A stretch of DNA of 55,364 nt, filler included, from Trypethelium eluteriae (taxonomy: Eukaryota): the NCBI GenBank assembly GCA_051942245.1. It is 2 parts of 2 records of this genome, joined end to end, with 100 filler letters (N's around TTAATTAATTAA, not from the genome) between each part and the next. Parts side by side here need not be neighbours in the genome. Positions count along the whole stretch, not along the records: positions 1 to 27,674 come from JAVECL010000328.1; positions 27,775 to 55,364 come from JAVECL010000329.1. One strand, given 5' to 3'. This document shows, piece after piece, positions 21,923 to 35,158 of the stretch. Under the pieces are notes generated by a model that saw nothing but the letters and a program-made list of their open reading frames with translations, did no database searches and was not told the DNA's origin. The number at the start of each line of letters is the position of its first letter. Position 1 is the stretch's first letter. A program made the translations under genes and the position numbers.

Positions 21923-24510
21923 ATGGGCGACTTCAAGCTGTCCGCGTCGCTACTCGGGCACGACGACGACGTGAGTGTCTCACCTGCTCCACTTTCTCTA
22001 CCAGCGGGAAGCCAATGTCTCCGGAATTTCAGTGGCCGGCTGACAAAGCTTTGAGCGCAGACTGCCAGAGATACCCATCCGTTTCTTTGTACTGGTTATC
22101 TGATAAAGTCATTACCAGGTTCGAGGAGTTGCTTTTCCCACCCCAGAGCTGGTCTTATCTGCTTCACGGGACGCCACCGTACGGCAATGGAAGCTTACCT
22201 CCACCAAACCCCCGACATTTGACTGCACCCTGAGCTCCCACGGTACTGCGTTTGTCAATTCGGTTGCCTTTGTTCCACCATCCAACCATTACCCTGAAGG
22301 GTTGATTGTCTCGGGCGGCAAGGACACTATCATAGAGGTGCGGCGACCAGACCGTTCGCCACAAGATAACGCGGAGGCTTTGTTGCTCGGCCACGCTGCC
22401 AATGTATGTGCCCTTCATGTCAGTGAAGATGGCCAAACTATCGTAAGCGGTGGCTGGGACGCAGAAGCGAGAATCTGGCGTGTGGGACATTGGGAGGCTG
22501 CTACGGTATTGCAGGGCCACGACGGTAGTGTCTGGGGTGTACTATCCTACGATAAAGACACTGTGATTACGGGTAGGACCCCCGCATACGTTGAAAAGAT
22601 TCCATCATGAAAAAAACCTGACTAATCTTTGTCCTGTAGCCTGCGCTGATAAGAAAATTCGGGTATGGAATGTCTCCGGCAAGCTGCTGCGGACGATAGC
22701 GGGCAATCCGGATGTTGTGAGAGCTCTTTGCAAGCTCCCCCATGGCCACTCCAGCAAAGCAGACTTTGCGTCGGCAGGCAATGATGGCGTTATTCGTCTT
22801 TGGACTTTGGGTGGCAGTCAAGTAGCTCAGCTTCACGGACACGAAAGCTTCATCTACTCGCTTGATGTACTCCCAACCGGCGAACTTGTCAGTTCATCCG
22901 AAGATCGAACAGCGCGAATATGGAAAGGGAATCAATGCATACAAACTATAACCCATCCGGCAATTTCGGTGTGGTCCGTGGCTACATGTCCTAAGTCTGG
23001 CGATATTGTCACAGGCGCCAGTGATCGTGCTGTTCGAATTTTCAGTCGAGCCGATGATCGTCAGGCCAGACCAGAGGATATACGTGCCTTCGAGGACTCG
23101 GTCAAATCGTCCTCTATCCCACAACAGCAAGTTGGAGATATCAACAAGGAGCAATTACCAGGGCCTGAGTTTCTCCAACAAAAGTCTGGTACCAAAGAAG
23201 GCCAGGTGCAAATGATCAGAGAACCAAATGGCAACGTCTCAGCGCATCAGTGGTCTAATGCAGCCCAGCAGTGGGTCAATGTAGGTACCGTTGTCGATTC
23301 GGCTGGCAGCAGTGGACGAAAGCAAGAATTCCAAGGAAAAGATTACGATTATGTGTTTGACGTTGATATAGAGGATGGAAAGCCGCCCCTCAAATTACCT
23401 TTCAATCTTTCCCAGAACCCTTATGAAGTTGCAAAGAAATTCATCGCTGATAACGAACTTCCAACTTCGTATATCGACCAAGTAGCGAATTTCATTGTGA
23501 GTAATACACAGGGAGCAGCTATTGGGCAATCAGGGGAATCTCAGACCCAAGCACCTGGTTCCGATCCGTGGGGCTCGGAATCAAGGTATCGACCCGGCGA
23601 GGTTGGAGCACCAGCAGTACCAGAATCTCGACCAAAAGTTCTTCCCCAAACTCAGTACCTTAAGATCGTTAGCGGGAATCTGAAAGCAATGCAAAAGAAG
23701 ATACTAGAATTCAATGAGGAATTTCTCAACTCCGGATCCAAGGATGCCGCTCTCAATCCCACGGGTGTTAACATTCTCTCGGCTACCATCAAACAGCTAG
23801 ACCAAGCTCAATCTTCGTCGAAAGTCACGGAAGGCTCACCGGCATTGAAAGAGGGAGTTGAGCTCGCAGTCAAGATTGCGACCACTTGGCCAGTTGAGAA
23901 GCGATTGCCTGGCACCGACCTTCTTTGCGCACTTGCAGCTTCCTCACCATCGCTAGCTACATTCACAAGTTCTGGTTCAGAGACTATCATAGACGTATTC
24001 TCCGACGCCTTTGCAAATACCGAAAAACCTAACCATGCATTACTTGCCATTCGAGGGTTTGCCAATCTATTCAACACCGAGGAAGGTCGCCTGATCATGG
24101 ACGGGGAGTTTGATAAAGTTCATGTCCTTCTGAAGCCGTATGTAGCGGAGCCCGGAAAGTGGCATAGGAATCTTATCATTGCCATCACAACGGTATTCAT
24201 CAATTACACGGTCATGCTATCGGCATCGTCATCTGCGAGCGCATCGGATCCCCCGTCCCGACCAAATGCCGACCGAGCACTTACACTTCTTGATGACACT
24301 ACGAAGATTATCAATTCTGCGACTGATAGTGAGATCATGTATCGGTCGCTGGTTGCAGCAGGTACACTCCTCACACTTGGGGACGATTTTCGGTCAGCCG
24401 CACGCGAGGTCTTTGATCTAGAGCAGTGCCTTAGTCGAGCAGAGAAGACGGTGAAGGAGCCTCGGATCAAGGGAGTGGTTGCGGAAATGAGGGACGAGCT
24501 TGGAGGGTGA
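21923..24510 (+). CDS. DOA1: Ubiquitin homeostasis protein Doa1/Ufd3/Lub1 (PLAA): WD40 + PFU + PUL domains; 2 introns (21971-22118, ~22573-22639)
   Basis: Starts MGDFKLSASLLGHDDDVRGV; WD repeats; PFU motif GKDYDYVFDVDIEDGKPPLKLPFNLSQNPY; PUL C-terminus YRSLVAAGTL...KEPRIK. Confidence 0.93.
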
Positions 24511-24908
24511 GCTAGTGGCATTTTTAAGAGAGAGATCATGACATGGCATTAGCACGGATACTTTCAACCTGCATACATGAGGTTGATGACGGGGTGTCTA
24601 CATGAGGGAAGTGTAAACTAGCATGGGGAAGAATCAAATAGATCATTCGACACTATGACAGTCGAGTCGTTGCAAATCGCGTACTTTCTTCAATCTTGTC
24701 TTGTCTCTGTTTGAGACCTACCAGAACAAGCCTCGTTTCGCATATCCCATCATATTTGAGAGCCCTGGCTTGCAAGCCTCCAGCTTTTGAGTGGAGTGAA
24801 TATAAGATCATGCATAGACATCCTACCGAACGCCACGCTATGCAAAGCAATTCGCAAACATTTTCAACTACTTCCGCTTCAACAGATAACCATCAGAACG
24901 CACAGCCC

Positions 24909-25295
24909 TCAAACATTACTCCCTTCATCCCTGCCGTCTGTCCCTTTGACCTGTTGGAAAGCAGGTTTTCCTGCGTAAAGCTGATTCGACGGATTATCGG
25001 CGCCTGCCTCAATCTCTGTGCTCACGCTGATAGGCTTGTTTCCCCGGAAGCGCTTGCGCATATCGATCATGCCCTTCTTGCACTCGCCATAACCGTGTTT
25101 TAGCTGCTGACACCTGGTGGGAAGCGTCTCGACTAAAGGTTCTCGGAGGCAGTCGCCGGCTTTATTCCGCTCGACCAGGACGCAATCGGAGTTGGCGAGG
25201 CAGGCTGCGAGGGCTGCGCCTGAAGACTCATGTCAGATTTGAGTTTGGCTGGGTAGAGCAGAGGACGTACGAATGTCTTGGCAGGAGGATGGCAT
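24909..25295 (-). CDS. PET191: Cytochrome c oxidase assembly factor Pet191/COA5 (twin Cx9C protein); exons 25295-25271, 25219-24909; absent from the ORF track
   Basis: Spliced translation MPSSCQDIRAALAACLANSDCVLVERNKAGDCLREPLVETLPTRCQQLKHGYGECKKGMIDMRKRFRGNKP... carries the Pet191 signature DMRKRFRGN. Confidence 0.92.
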
Positions 25296-25660
25296 ACTGG
25301 GAGCTGGATTGCGAGATGAATGCTGACCTCGAGACAATGATAAATGAGTTCGTTCCTGCAGCCACTCGTGCCACTCCGGAGCAGGGGAATTAAGCTTAAC
25401 GCACGGGCCTCTTTCACATGGTTAATGACATGCCACTAAATGCTCTGGTGCTGCTGAATCGTCTCGCGACCGCTTGACATATCTGCCAATCCAGTCGTTA
25501 CCACCCCCTTGTCTTCCGTTCGACGTTTCCTGATTTTAGACATGTCATATCTTCACAGCTGTCTGTAACAAATAGCCCTCGATCGAGGGTCAGATCTCAG
25601 CGAAAATCCACGCTATTCTCGAGCTTCCAAGGCCCCATCGAACTCCACGCGCTTTCGAGG

Positions 25661-27674
25661 ATGCCTACAATACCATTCATAGGTCGATTAGCTTTGTAAG
25701 TTGGCCTGCAATCCCATTGCTTAGCAAGTTACAATCCTGAGCGCAACACCATCCGCCTTTGCTGTTCGAGCGCTCATCATCTGTTCGACAGGCAACAGTA
25801 CGCAGCCCTCATCGGCTCTTTGATCCTCATCCTCCTCGAAAGCATTGTCAGAATAATAACTCTTGCTCTTCGTGCGTTTTCCATCGGTCGCATTGGCTAT
25901 CCAAATTGCTTACTCTCAAATAGCCGGTCCGGTAATTCGTTTCTTCTATGAGGGATCACGAAGCGCTTTCAATTTCCTCTCCTCTCCACAGGGAAGAAGA
26001 AACAGAGGCAAGAGAAAATGTGTGTATAGTATTGAAGCTCGACATGCTGGCAGAAGCTAATCCATTACAGTGATTGTGAATTCCATCAACCAGGCGTCAG
26101 ACTTTGTTGAACTATGCGAGATTTACGGATATTATGCTGAAGAGCATATAGTTCATACAACCGATGGATACTTGTTAGGCCTACATAGATTGGGTTGGAG
26201 GAAGGGTGAGGAAGAGCAAAGAGTCAACAGCGGACCTGGCAGTCTCCAGAAAAAGGTTGTCTACATGCATCATGGTTTGATGATGAATAGTGAGGTTTGG
26301 GTGTGCATCACTGAGAAGGAGAGATGCCTGCCATTCATGCTTGTTGAAATGGGTTACGATGTCTGGTTTGGCAATAATAGAGGCAACAAATATTCGAAGA
26401 AATCGGCCAAGAACGCCCCCACGGAGACGCAATTCTGGAATTTCTCTATTGACGAATTCGCCTTCCACGATATCCCCGATAGCATTTCGTATATTCTCAT
26501 GACGACGGGTCAGCCATCTCTCTCCTATATTGGCTTCTCTCAGGGTACAGCACAAGCCTTTGCCACCCTGTCCATACATCCTACACTAAACGACAAGGTT
26601 GACGTCTTCATTGCTCTTGCGCCGGCAATGGCTCCTGCTGGTTTGACGAGCAGTGTAGTTGACTCGCTTGTGAAGACATCACCAGATGTTCTCTTCCTTG
26701 CGTTTGGACGTCGGGCGATCCTTGGCTCCACGACAATGTGGCAAGCCATCCTTTATCCCCCAATCTTTGTGCGCACTATCGATATCGGCCTGTCTTTTCT
26801 ATTTGGCTGGCATTCCAGAAACATCACACCTCATCAAAAGCTTGCTGCTTACCCTCACCTCTACTCCTTCACCAGTACCAAATCTGTGGTCCATTGGTTT
26901 CAAATCATCCGCAATGGAACATTCCAAATGTACGACGATGAGGTCCAGGCCCCTCTGAGTTTCAGCAATGGAAGCAAATACTACAAGGTCGCCAAATTCC
27001 CAACACGGAATATCAAGACACCCATCGTGCTGGTCTACGGTGGTAGCGACAGCCTAGTCGATATCAGCGTCATGCTCAAAGAACTCCCCAAACACACCAT
27101 CGCCAAAGAAATCCCCCACTACGAGCACCTCGACTTCCTCTGGGCTTCCGACGTCAACTCCCAAGTCTTCCCACATGTCATCGACGCCCTAACCTCCTTC
27201 GCCTCCCCACCCAACCGCAAAACCTCCTCCTCAAACACCCTCCGCACCACCCGCGAACCCAACCCATTCCTCCCCGCTCCGCCCCCCAGCTACTCCGAAG
27301 ACGAGCGCTCTCCCAACCCCTCCAGCATGACCTCCAACTCCGGCCTCAACTCACCCCGAGCCACCACCTCTCCTCCTCCCAACACCACACCCACCGGCAC
27401 CACCGCAACCTCGACACCCACCAGCACGTCCCAACGCGGTGCTACCGCCGCCAGCGGTAGTGGCCGTCTCCGCGCTACGATTGTCCGCTCAGATAGCCTT
27501 TCGGACATCAAGAGCGGCACGGCGAAGCGCGGCGACCGCAAGTTCAGCGTCTCGTCGAAGGAGGCGAGGGAGATGCCGGAGGAGGAGGAGGAGAGCAGTT
27601 CGCCGGAGAAGGAGGGAAGCTCGCGGGGGTCGACGCCGCCGACAAGTGCGGGCGCTGGTGGGGAGATGCGATTT
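25661..27674 (+). CDS. Tgl1/Yeh-like lipase or sterol esterase (alpha/beta hydrolase); three short 5' exons; 3' end runs into the assembly gap
   Basis: HIVHTTDGYLLGLHR, HHGLMMNSEVW, GNNRGNKYS, nucleophile GFSQG, YGGSDSLVD, YEHLDFLW. N-terminal TM exon (YAALIGSLILILLESIVRIITL) and Ser/Thr/Pro-rich tail. Confidence 0.88.
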
Positions 27675-27774
27675 NNNNNNNNNNNNNNNNNNNNNNNNNN
27701 NNNNNNNNNNNNNNNNNNTTAATTAATTAANNNNNNNNNNNNNNNNNNNNNNNNNNNNNNNNNNNNNNNNNNNN
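27675..27774. other. Assembly gap with synthetic six-frame-stop spacer TTAATTAATTAA (27719-27730)
   Basis: 44 N + TTAATTAATTAA + 44 N = 100 bases, a typical contig-joining linker. Confidence 0.95.
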
Positions 27775-28137
27775 GGGACGTGGAATGGGGTGGTTTTCGT
27801 GAAAGATGGATATGGGATGGATTCGTGCGCGGGGAGGAGATACGCTCGTATGTAGATGTGGACAACATGAGTGGTAAAATGCTATCTATAATATGGAAGT
27901 ATCGTCCTCTAATTATGAGTAAGCTGCATGCTGGTATGTAAGGTATGATGGCCAAGAGTGCCAAGTTTGCTGGGACTACCATGTCCGTAGTTTCCTCGCT
28001 AATCAAAGCAAAAGGTCGCCTAAGTGTTGATATCCATCTCTCTCAGACTGCATAAGCACTCAGAAGCATCGCTTCCCAGCATCATGGACATGATAGCGCT
28101 GACAGCTCTCAATAGCATCACGGTATGGCGGAGTATC

Positions 28138-29283
28138 CTATGCCAGATGCGCCTTCCCAATCCGAGCCATCAGCGTCTCAATGATGCAATAGTTAATGTC
28201 GTGGTCTTCCAACAAATGGACCATCGCTAATACGTGCGAGCTCGGTTTTGTGTACACCAGCATATCGACGACCAGCCTGCGCAGTGGCGACCCGTGGGTA
28301 CACCGCTTGCAGGCAAACAGGACGGTCTCATCTCTAGTGAGGTACTCGCCGTGGCGGCTCAACCAGCCGAGTTTCTCTATGATGTTATTTCGGAACTCTT
28401 GCATGCGGAGGGTCTCTGCCAGGATGTAGAGGTGCAGGAGTTCAGGGGTAGACAAGACGGAGACATGTTCTACTTCGAGGTGTTCGGTTAACAACTCTAC
28501 GACGGAGGGATCCTCGTCCGGCAAGTAGATTCGATTGCGGGCGACAGCCTTCACTGGATCAAGAGGTGGATTATCAGTCCCTTCATTGGCAATAAGAGCC
28601 TTGATCTTGTTGTTGATGTTCCTGACTGCGTCCTTTAGAAGATCCCCATCACCTTTCTCAAGCTGAGGACGAATGATTTGAAGCAGGGTCATCCTGTTCT
28701 GTTTCTGTTTATCGAAATCTTCTTTTGAGATGCCAAGGTAATGGGCGATGGCATAACTGAAATGCTCCGCAGATTCGGCCCAAGGGTATTCATGACAAAC
28801 CTTCACAAGAGCTTCGGCATATATTTTGGCCGGTCTGCTTTTGTCGATCTTTGGTTTGAGATATCCAGGGTAATCCCCAGCCTTGATGATCGCATGCTTG
28901 AGTATGTGGCCCACGCGCTTCACGGCCTCGAGTCTCTTCCTGTATTCCTTGCCCTCTGCGCATATTTGCGCAATCCAAGGCGAGTGCCGACTGGCAAGGG
29001 TAAAACTGATGGAGAACTCCTTGCGGTCCTGGGTATCTGACCCAACAACAAATATGAGTGGGCAATCGCACGGGTAGTCATCACCCTGACCGCGTTCGGT
29101 CTGTGTTTTTCGGGTTGTGATTCGTCGAATAGTAGTGTTGGGCTTTGCCTGAAGAGATGCCTCTTGAGCCTCGATGATTGACTGGAAAACGTGCTTCCCT
29201 AGAATGGCCCCATCTAAAGAACCCTGATCTCCAATCGAGGAGAGCACCGCCGTTGATGCTGAGATGCCTTCTTCCTGTTTCAA
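28138..29283 (-). CDS. Hypothetical protein with a C-terminal fungal BTB-like region; true start uncertain (possibly ATG at 29353 followed by an intron)
   Basis: 381-codon ORF. The segment IYLPDEDPSVVELL...LLHLYILAETLRMQEFRNNII...SPLRRLVVD resembles the second half of fungal BTB proteins. Confidence 0.6.
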   Translation of the reverse strand: MKQEEGISASTAVLSSIGDQGSLDGAILGKHVFQSIIEAQEASLQAKPNTTIRRITTRKTQTERGQGDDYPCDCPLIFVVGSDTQDRKEFSISFTLASRHSPWIAQICAEGKEYRKRLEAVKRVGHILKHAIIKAGDYPGYLKPKIDKSRPAKIYAEALVKVCHEYPWAESAEHFSYAIAHYLGISKEDFDKQKQNRMTLLQIIRPQLEKGDGDLLKDAVRNINNKIKALIANEGTDNPPLDPVKAVARNRIYLPDEDPSVVELLTEHLEVEHVSVLSTPELLHLYILAETLRMQEFRNNIIEKLGWLSRHGEYLTRDETVLFACKRCTHGSPLRRLVVDMLVYTKPSSHVLAMVHLLEDHDINYCIIETLMARIGKAHLA

Positions 29284-30105
29284 GTAACCTTCCGTATCAT
29301 GAGGCCAGGCACGGATCTCAATCTAAACAGTGGTTCCCAGCATGTCCTACCATGAAACGCGAAAAATAGAGGCGAATAGAATGCCAGCGAAATTAGTCGA
29401 TAGTTGGAGAAGAGATCCGTTCGTCTCGTGATAAAGTATTAGGCTCCAATGTGAGTGAAGTGAGGTGGGGATTGACATCCAGAACTATGGATTGAGGATG
29501 TTTTTTGTAGAGAAATACAGAGGCAACGTAGGGACTGATGAAAAGTAGACTTGAAAAGCTAATGAGCTGAAGCAATTGAGGGGGTCCGAGGTGAGAGGGA
29601 ATAGAGACAAGGCTATGGACTTCGATGGATTGAAAGAGCAAGAGAAATGGGGAAGTAAACCCCAGAATGAAGTTTGAGGCCATAGGATGAATTGTAGGCG
29701 ATGGTGAGATTTCTCACTACTGCACGACAGACTTACGAAGAACCTTCTGTTCATCACTACTCTCGACGATGAGCTGAGAGATTATGTATGTAGAGCGAGT
29801 TTCAGCGAGGACTATTCATTGGACTATCAACCAAGCATTTTAAATCCAAGTCTTTGCAAGAAGCGCGCCCAAACCGCTCGCCGTCAGCGAAAGCTTTCAA
29901 CACTCATTCGATCGGCTTATCAAGAGTAATTGCAAAATTGGGATAGGCACGTGTGTGCGAGACAAGGTGTAGTAGTTGTGGAGAAGACGGGAGGTTCGCA
30001 CACGCCATCAAACATCGCGTCTTCCGCAAGACGCGCTGGAAGGAACCCCACCGCGACAACTACATCTTCCAACCTCACTATTAGCAATGCGTGGCCGTCG
30101 CACTA

Positions 30106-32998
30106 ATGTCAAATTCTCAAGAAGAACGTATAGATAAAGCTCTGATACAACTCGTCGAACGTCAATTCACCGCACCGCCAGACGAAGATGAAGCATCAGC
30201 GGATGAACGTTTCGAGAACCTATTAGAATCAGCGCGCGATACCATTGATCGGCAAGAAGATCCTGCTGTTGCTGCGGATGTCAATCACGCTTCTGACTTG
30301 ATCAAAAAGAAACGTGAGCAAAGCTATATCTTTGCCGAAGGTCGTTACTAATTGAGCGTGCGCGCAGTCATCCGCGAGAATAACTCCCCAGACAAAGCCT
30401 TGCGCTTTTCCAACCTCTATTCACGGCTCCTATCTCAACCGGTCCTGTCTCAAAAATGGGCGATCTTGTACCTGTTATATCAGCTATCAGAGGGCGCTAC
30501 GCCGAAGCCCCGTGGGACCCCTGAAACCAAATCAAACAGTCCATTGAGCCACATACACAAGGCCCGCCAGCCGCAGCTTGAATCAGTAAAAGGCTCGGAG
30601 GCCGATAGTGCGCGACATTATACCGTGGACAGTCCAGCATTTAATGAGGCGTTCTCGACTGGTGGACTCCGCCGAATACAAACAGAGCCGCAGATGCATG
30701 ATAATCGGGCCCTTCCGCGAGAGCGGCCAGAGCGGAAGAGAAATGATAGGACTGAGGGCGAGGAAGCCGTCACGGGCGGCGATGTGGAGGCGCCTGTTAG
30801 TCCATGGAGAACAGTTCAAGAACCATCAGAGGCGGCATTGCTTAGAGATATCCCTTTTACTTTACAGGGTCTTTCCTCCACCAATCTACAGTTCACGGAA
30901 CCAACCACATTGAAACTTCCCACGACGCTACCTGTGCCAATAATCAGCCTCCTTCATGCTCTTGCTGAGCCGTCCCTACTTTACAAGGGGCTGTCGGGAT
31001 TTGTCGAGTCCACGGAGGGTGGTCTGGTAGGGCAAAGCCTTCGCGCTGCTATTGGCTTGGAGCTCAGATCCTACCTTGGTCTGGTCGCTACACTTGAAGG
31101 ACAGATTCGCAGGGCCCTTGCCATGCTGGATGAGACACAACCTAAAAGTGGGTTGGGGAAAGCAGGTGTGACACTGAAACGTTGTATAATATGGACAAGA
31201 GAGGCCGCAATGGGCCTGCGATTGATGAGCATGATTGTTGAGAAATGTAACAGTAAGTACGAGCATCTGTGACAACGAGTCTGGCTCATGACATATAGGT
31301 AAAAAGGGTGGAGAGCTTATTTCACTCATTCACTCATTTTCTTCTTCTCATGGAGATGCTTTTGTTTCTACCTTTGCTGAACGACTTCTTTCTCATGTGA
31401 CACGACCATTTTACGACATGTTACGACAGTGGACTTATGATGGTGAGCTCTCTGATCCATTTTTGGAATTTTTCGTTTCAGAACAAAAAGAACTACCAGA
31501 AGGTGAGGAGGCGCAGAAAGAGAAAGGTGGTGCAACAAGCGTATGGGAGGACAAGTACAAGTTGAATGAGACTATGATCCCGACGATCTTGTCAGAGGAC
31601 TTCGCAAAAAAGGTCTTTCTGATTGGAAAAAGCTTGAACTTCCTGCGCTATGGATGTGGCGATTCCGTATGGGTAGAAAGCTATTCGAAGGATGCATCAC
31701 GAGAGCTCCGGTACGGAGATACGGCGGCTCTAGAGAGTTCCATCGACGAGGCATACAAGTCCACAATGGCTCGACTAACCCACCTGATGGCCGAGAAGTT
31801 CATGCTCTTCGAACACTTGAAAGCGCTCAAGAAATACATTCTGCTTGGACAAGGAGATTTTATCCAATTATTGATGGAATCCTTGTCCAATAATCTAGAC
31901 CGACCCGCCAATTCCCAATATCGACACACTCTGACTGCTCAATTGGAGCATGCCATCCGCAGTTCAAATGCACAATACGACTCTGCGGATGTTCTGCGCC
32001 GGCTCGATGCTCGCATGCTAGAGCTTTCACACGGTGAGACTGGATGGGACGTCTTCACCCTCGAGTACAAGATCGACGCGCCCGTGGATGTGATTGTAAC
32101 GCCCTGGGCTTCCAAACAATACCTCAAAGTCTTCAACTTCCTTTGGCGAGTGAAGAGAGTGGAGTTTGCACTTGGTAGCACATGGAGAAGATGCATGACC
32201 GGCGCGAGAGGAGTCTTAACCGCGGTTGACGACAAAGTGGGCAAAGATTGGAAGGGCGCTAGATGTTGCATTGCAGAAATGATACATTTCGTTTGTCAAC
32301 TGCAATACTATATCCTCTTTGAGGTCATCGAGTCTTCATGGGACCAATTGCAGACGGCAATCCACAAACCAGATTGCACATTGGATGATCTGATATCGGC
32401 ACATACCAAATACCTCACAGCTATTACTCGGAAAGGGCTGCTTGGCTCCACGACGACTGACTTTACGTCTCAGCTCCATGAGCTTCTGAAAACCATGCTA
32501 GCATACAAGGACGTCGTTGACGGACTGTACTCCTTTTCTGTCTCTGAGTTCACCCGGCGGCAGGAATTCAACGCTCGAGTCGAAACACGTACGGCACAGG
32601 GGAAATGGGGCATCACAGAGCGTGATGAAGAGGAGCTCAATTCGCCTCTAGATAGGCAGAATCCATTGCGAGACAACGACTCCCCGTTCCCCATTAGCTC
32701 TAATAACGAAGACGACATGTTGCCGGCGCTTCGACTACGTCTAGCATCGCTGTCGATGGATTTCAGGACCAAGGTCAACGTGTTACTTGGGGATTTGGCC
32801 TACCAGCCAGATGTTGATATGCGATTCCTAGGGGTGGTGATGAATTTCAATGATGTGTACAAACCTGTGAGGAGGAAGAGGAGAACTGCCGATAGAGATG
32901 GGAGGCACAAGACGGTGGATAAAGGGAAGCCACAGGAAACGCCGCAAGTCGGGGAGAGAAGTGGGAGGGGCAAGAGTGATAGCGCAACTGGTGTATAA
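30106..32998 (+). CDS. SPC98: Gamma-tubulin complex component 3 (GCP3/Spc98/Alp6); 2 introns (~30314-30367, ~31253-31298)
   Basis: LLRDIPFTLQG, GLVGQSLRAAI, KKGGELISLIH, LKALKKYILLGQGDF, GWDVFTLEYKIDAP, QYLKVFNFLWRVKRVEF, LQYYILFEVIESSW. Confidence 0.92.
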
Positions 32999-33531
32999 TA
33001 GGGTTGAGTAAAGGTGATTTGCTTGGCCTTAGGCACGCATGGGACGGTGGCGTTGTTTTCGAGTTGATGAGCTGTAGCTGGGATCAAGATACCAAGAGCG
33101 GATGCGCTTGTCTTTAGCATGAAGCAATGGCATTTATATGTAATGCAACTTGAAAGAAACGCTCCTATACGACGTCCCTTCTGTGCAGATTCGTTCTTCA
33201 CCTGACGCGCTGCTTCACCGCGTGCATCTGCGACGAAAGGGACAACAAGGACCAGAGACTGTTGCTGGTGATGATCTTGCAGCGTGCAGGCCAGCGGGAT
33301 GACGTCGCACGTCAAAGAAATAGCCCACATCACAGAGTATTCGAGAACACGCCATGGAATCTTGGGGCGAGTTTACAGTTCCTCGCAGTTTGCAAATCAC
33401 CATTCAGTTGCTGCCTAGCACCTATTGAACAGCTTCACTTCCCGACTATATATTCTGCTAACGCGTAAATACCCTTGCACCTACTCTACGGACCTGACTT
33501 CGTCTTGACCGAGGCCTAAACTCAATCTACC

Positions 33532-34671
33532 ATGGCGGCTACGATAAATGCGGACGACGATGTGATGGAGCCATCCCTCCAGTCCATAATCGACCAGAAA
33601 TCGCTCCGCTGGATTTTTGTGGGAGGCAAAGGAGGCGTAGGCAAGACTACTACATCCTGCTCTCTTGCCATACAGTTGGCAAAGCATCGCAAATCCGTAC
33701 TGTTAATCTCGACCGATCCCGCACACAATCTGAGCGATGCATTCAACCAGAAATTCGGCAAGGACGCGCGCGTTGTGGACGGCTTCACAAACTTGAGTGC
33801 TATGGAGATCGATCCGAATGGCAGTATACAAGACTTGCTAGCAGCTGGAGGCGATGATGCACAGAATGCAATGGCAGAACTCGGTGGAATGGGAAACATG
33901 ATGCAAGATCTAGCATTCAGCGTAAGGCTCTCCTAGACACATCGTCCGAGCACCTGAATGACAATACAAAAACAGATACCGGGTGTGGATGAAGCCATGT
34001 CCTTCGCCGAAGTCCTTAAACAAGTCAAATCCCTCGACTACGAACTCATTATCTTCGACACCGCGCCCACGGGCCATACTCTCCGCTTCCTACAGTTCCC
34101 CACCGTCATGGAGAAAGCGCTCGCCAAGCTGTCCCAACTCTCGCAGCAATTTGGTCCCATGCTGAACTCCGTCATTGGCGCCCGAGGTGGCCTCCCCGGA
34201 GGTCAAAATCTCGACGATCTCCTCTCGAAGATGGAATCTTTACGGTCCACCATTGCGGAAGTAAATGGGCAGTTCAAGAATGCGGACATGACGACGTTTG
34301 TCTGCGTGTGTATACCGGAGTTCTTAAGCTTGTATGAGACAGAGCGGATGATCCAAGAGCTGAGTAGCTACGAGATCGACACGCATAGCATCGTTGTAAA
34401 TCAGCTGCTATTCCCAAAGAAGGACAACCCCTGCGAGCAGTGTAATGCAAGGAGGAAGATGCAGAAGAAGTATTTGGACCAGATTGAAGAGCTGTACGAT
34501 GAGTTCAACGTGATCAAGATGCCCCTGTTGGTGGAGGAGGTTAGAGGGAAAGAGAAGCTAGAGAGGTAAGTCCCAATCTTTGACGATGCTCCAGCAAGTA
34601 GGATAAGAGCTGACATTAAGCACGATAGCTTTAGCGAAATGCTCGTAAAGCCTTTCCAGCCTCCTCCATGA
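33532..34671 (+). CDS. GET3: ATPase Get3/ASNA1 (tail-anchored protein targeting); 2 introns
   Basis: [11 protein letters not shown]-loop, [51 protein letters not shown] zinc site; last exon [14 protein letters not shown]. Confidence 0.96.
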
Positions 34672-35158
34672 TTCTCTGATCTGTCGCACTTCGCTAGATG
34701 ATCTTCTAGGGTATCGTGTTCATCCGACGTTTCTCTTACTCCGGCGCATTACTTTGGCATTGGGTTTGCTTCATGAATCAGCGGTAGAACGATGAAAACG
34801 ATAGAGATACCAGCTACAAATTCATGACCAATCTTGTGCGATGTATAATCCATCATTGGAATCGTTCAAAAAGATGGCCCAAAAGAAGGCCAAAGTAATC
34901 ACTGGTGATGTGACTTGAGCTCTGGGAATTCTTCGGAGTTTTCATCTGTCCGTCAATCTATTCACAGTCACCATTCCTCTGCATCCAGCGACCTCGGAAA
35001 GGACTGACTGAACCAGACTCAAGTACGCATTTCCATCAATCCTGAGGCTTGATCCGATCCCTTTTTGGGAAGCTGATCACGCCTTCAGCGTTCTTTGACA
35101 GGAAGATATGTACAAAGTGGTCCATCAGAAAAATTGATCATGCCTGCTGAGTGAAAGT

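Noticed and set aside
27719..27730. TTAATTAATTAA palindrome inside the N run
   Set aside because: Synthetic contig-joining spacer with stops in all frames, symmetrically flanked by 44 Ns; not biological.
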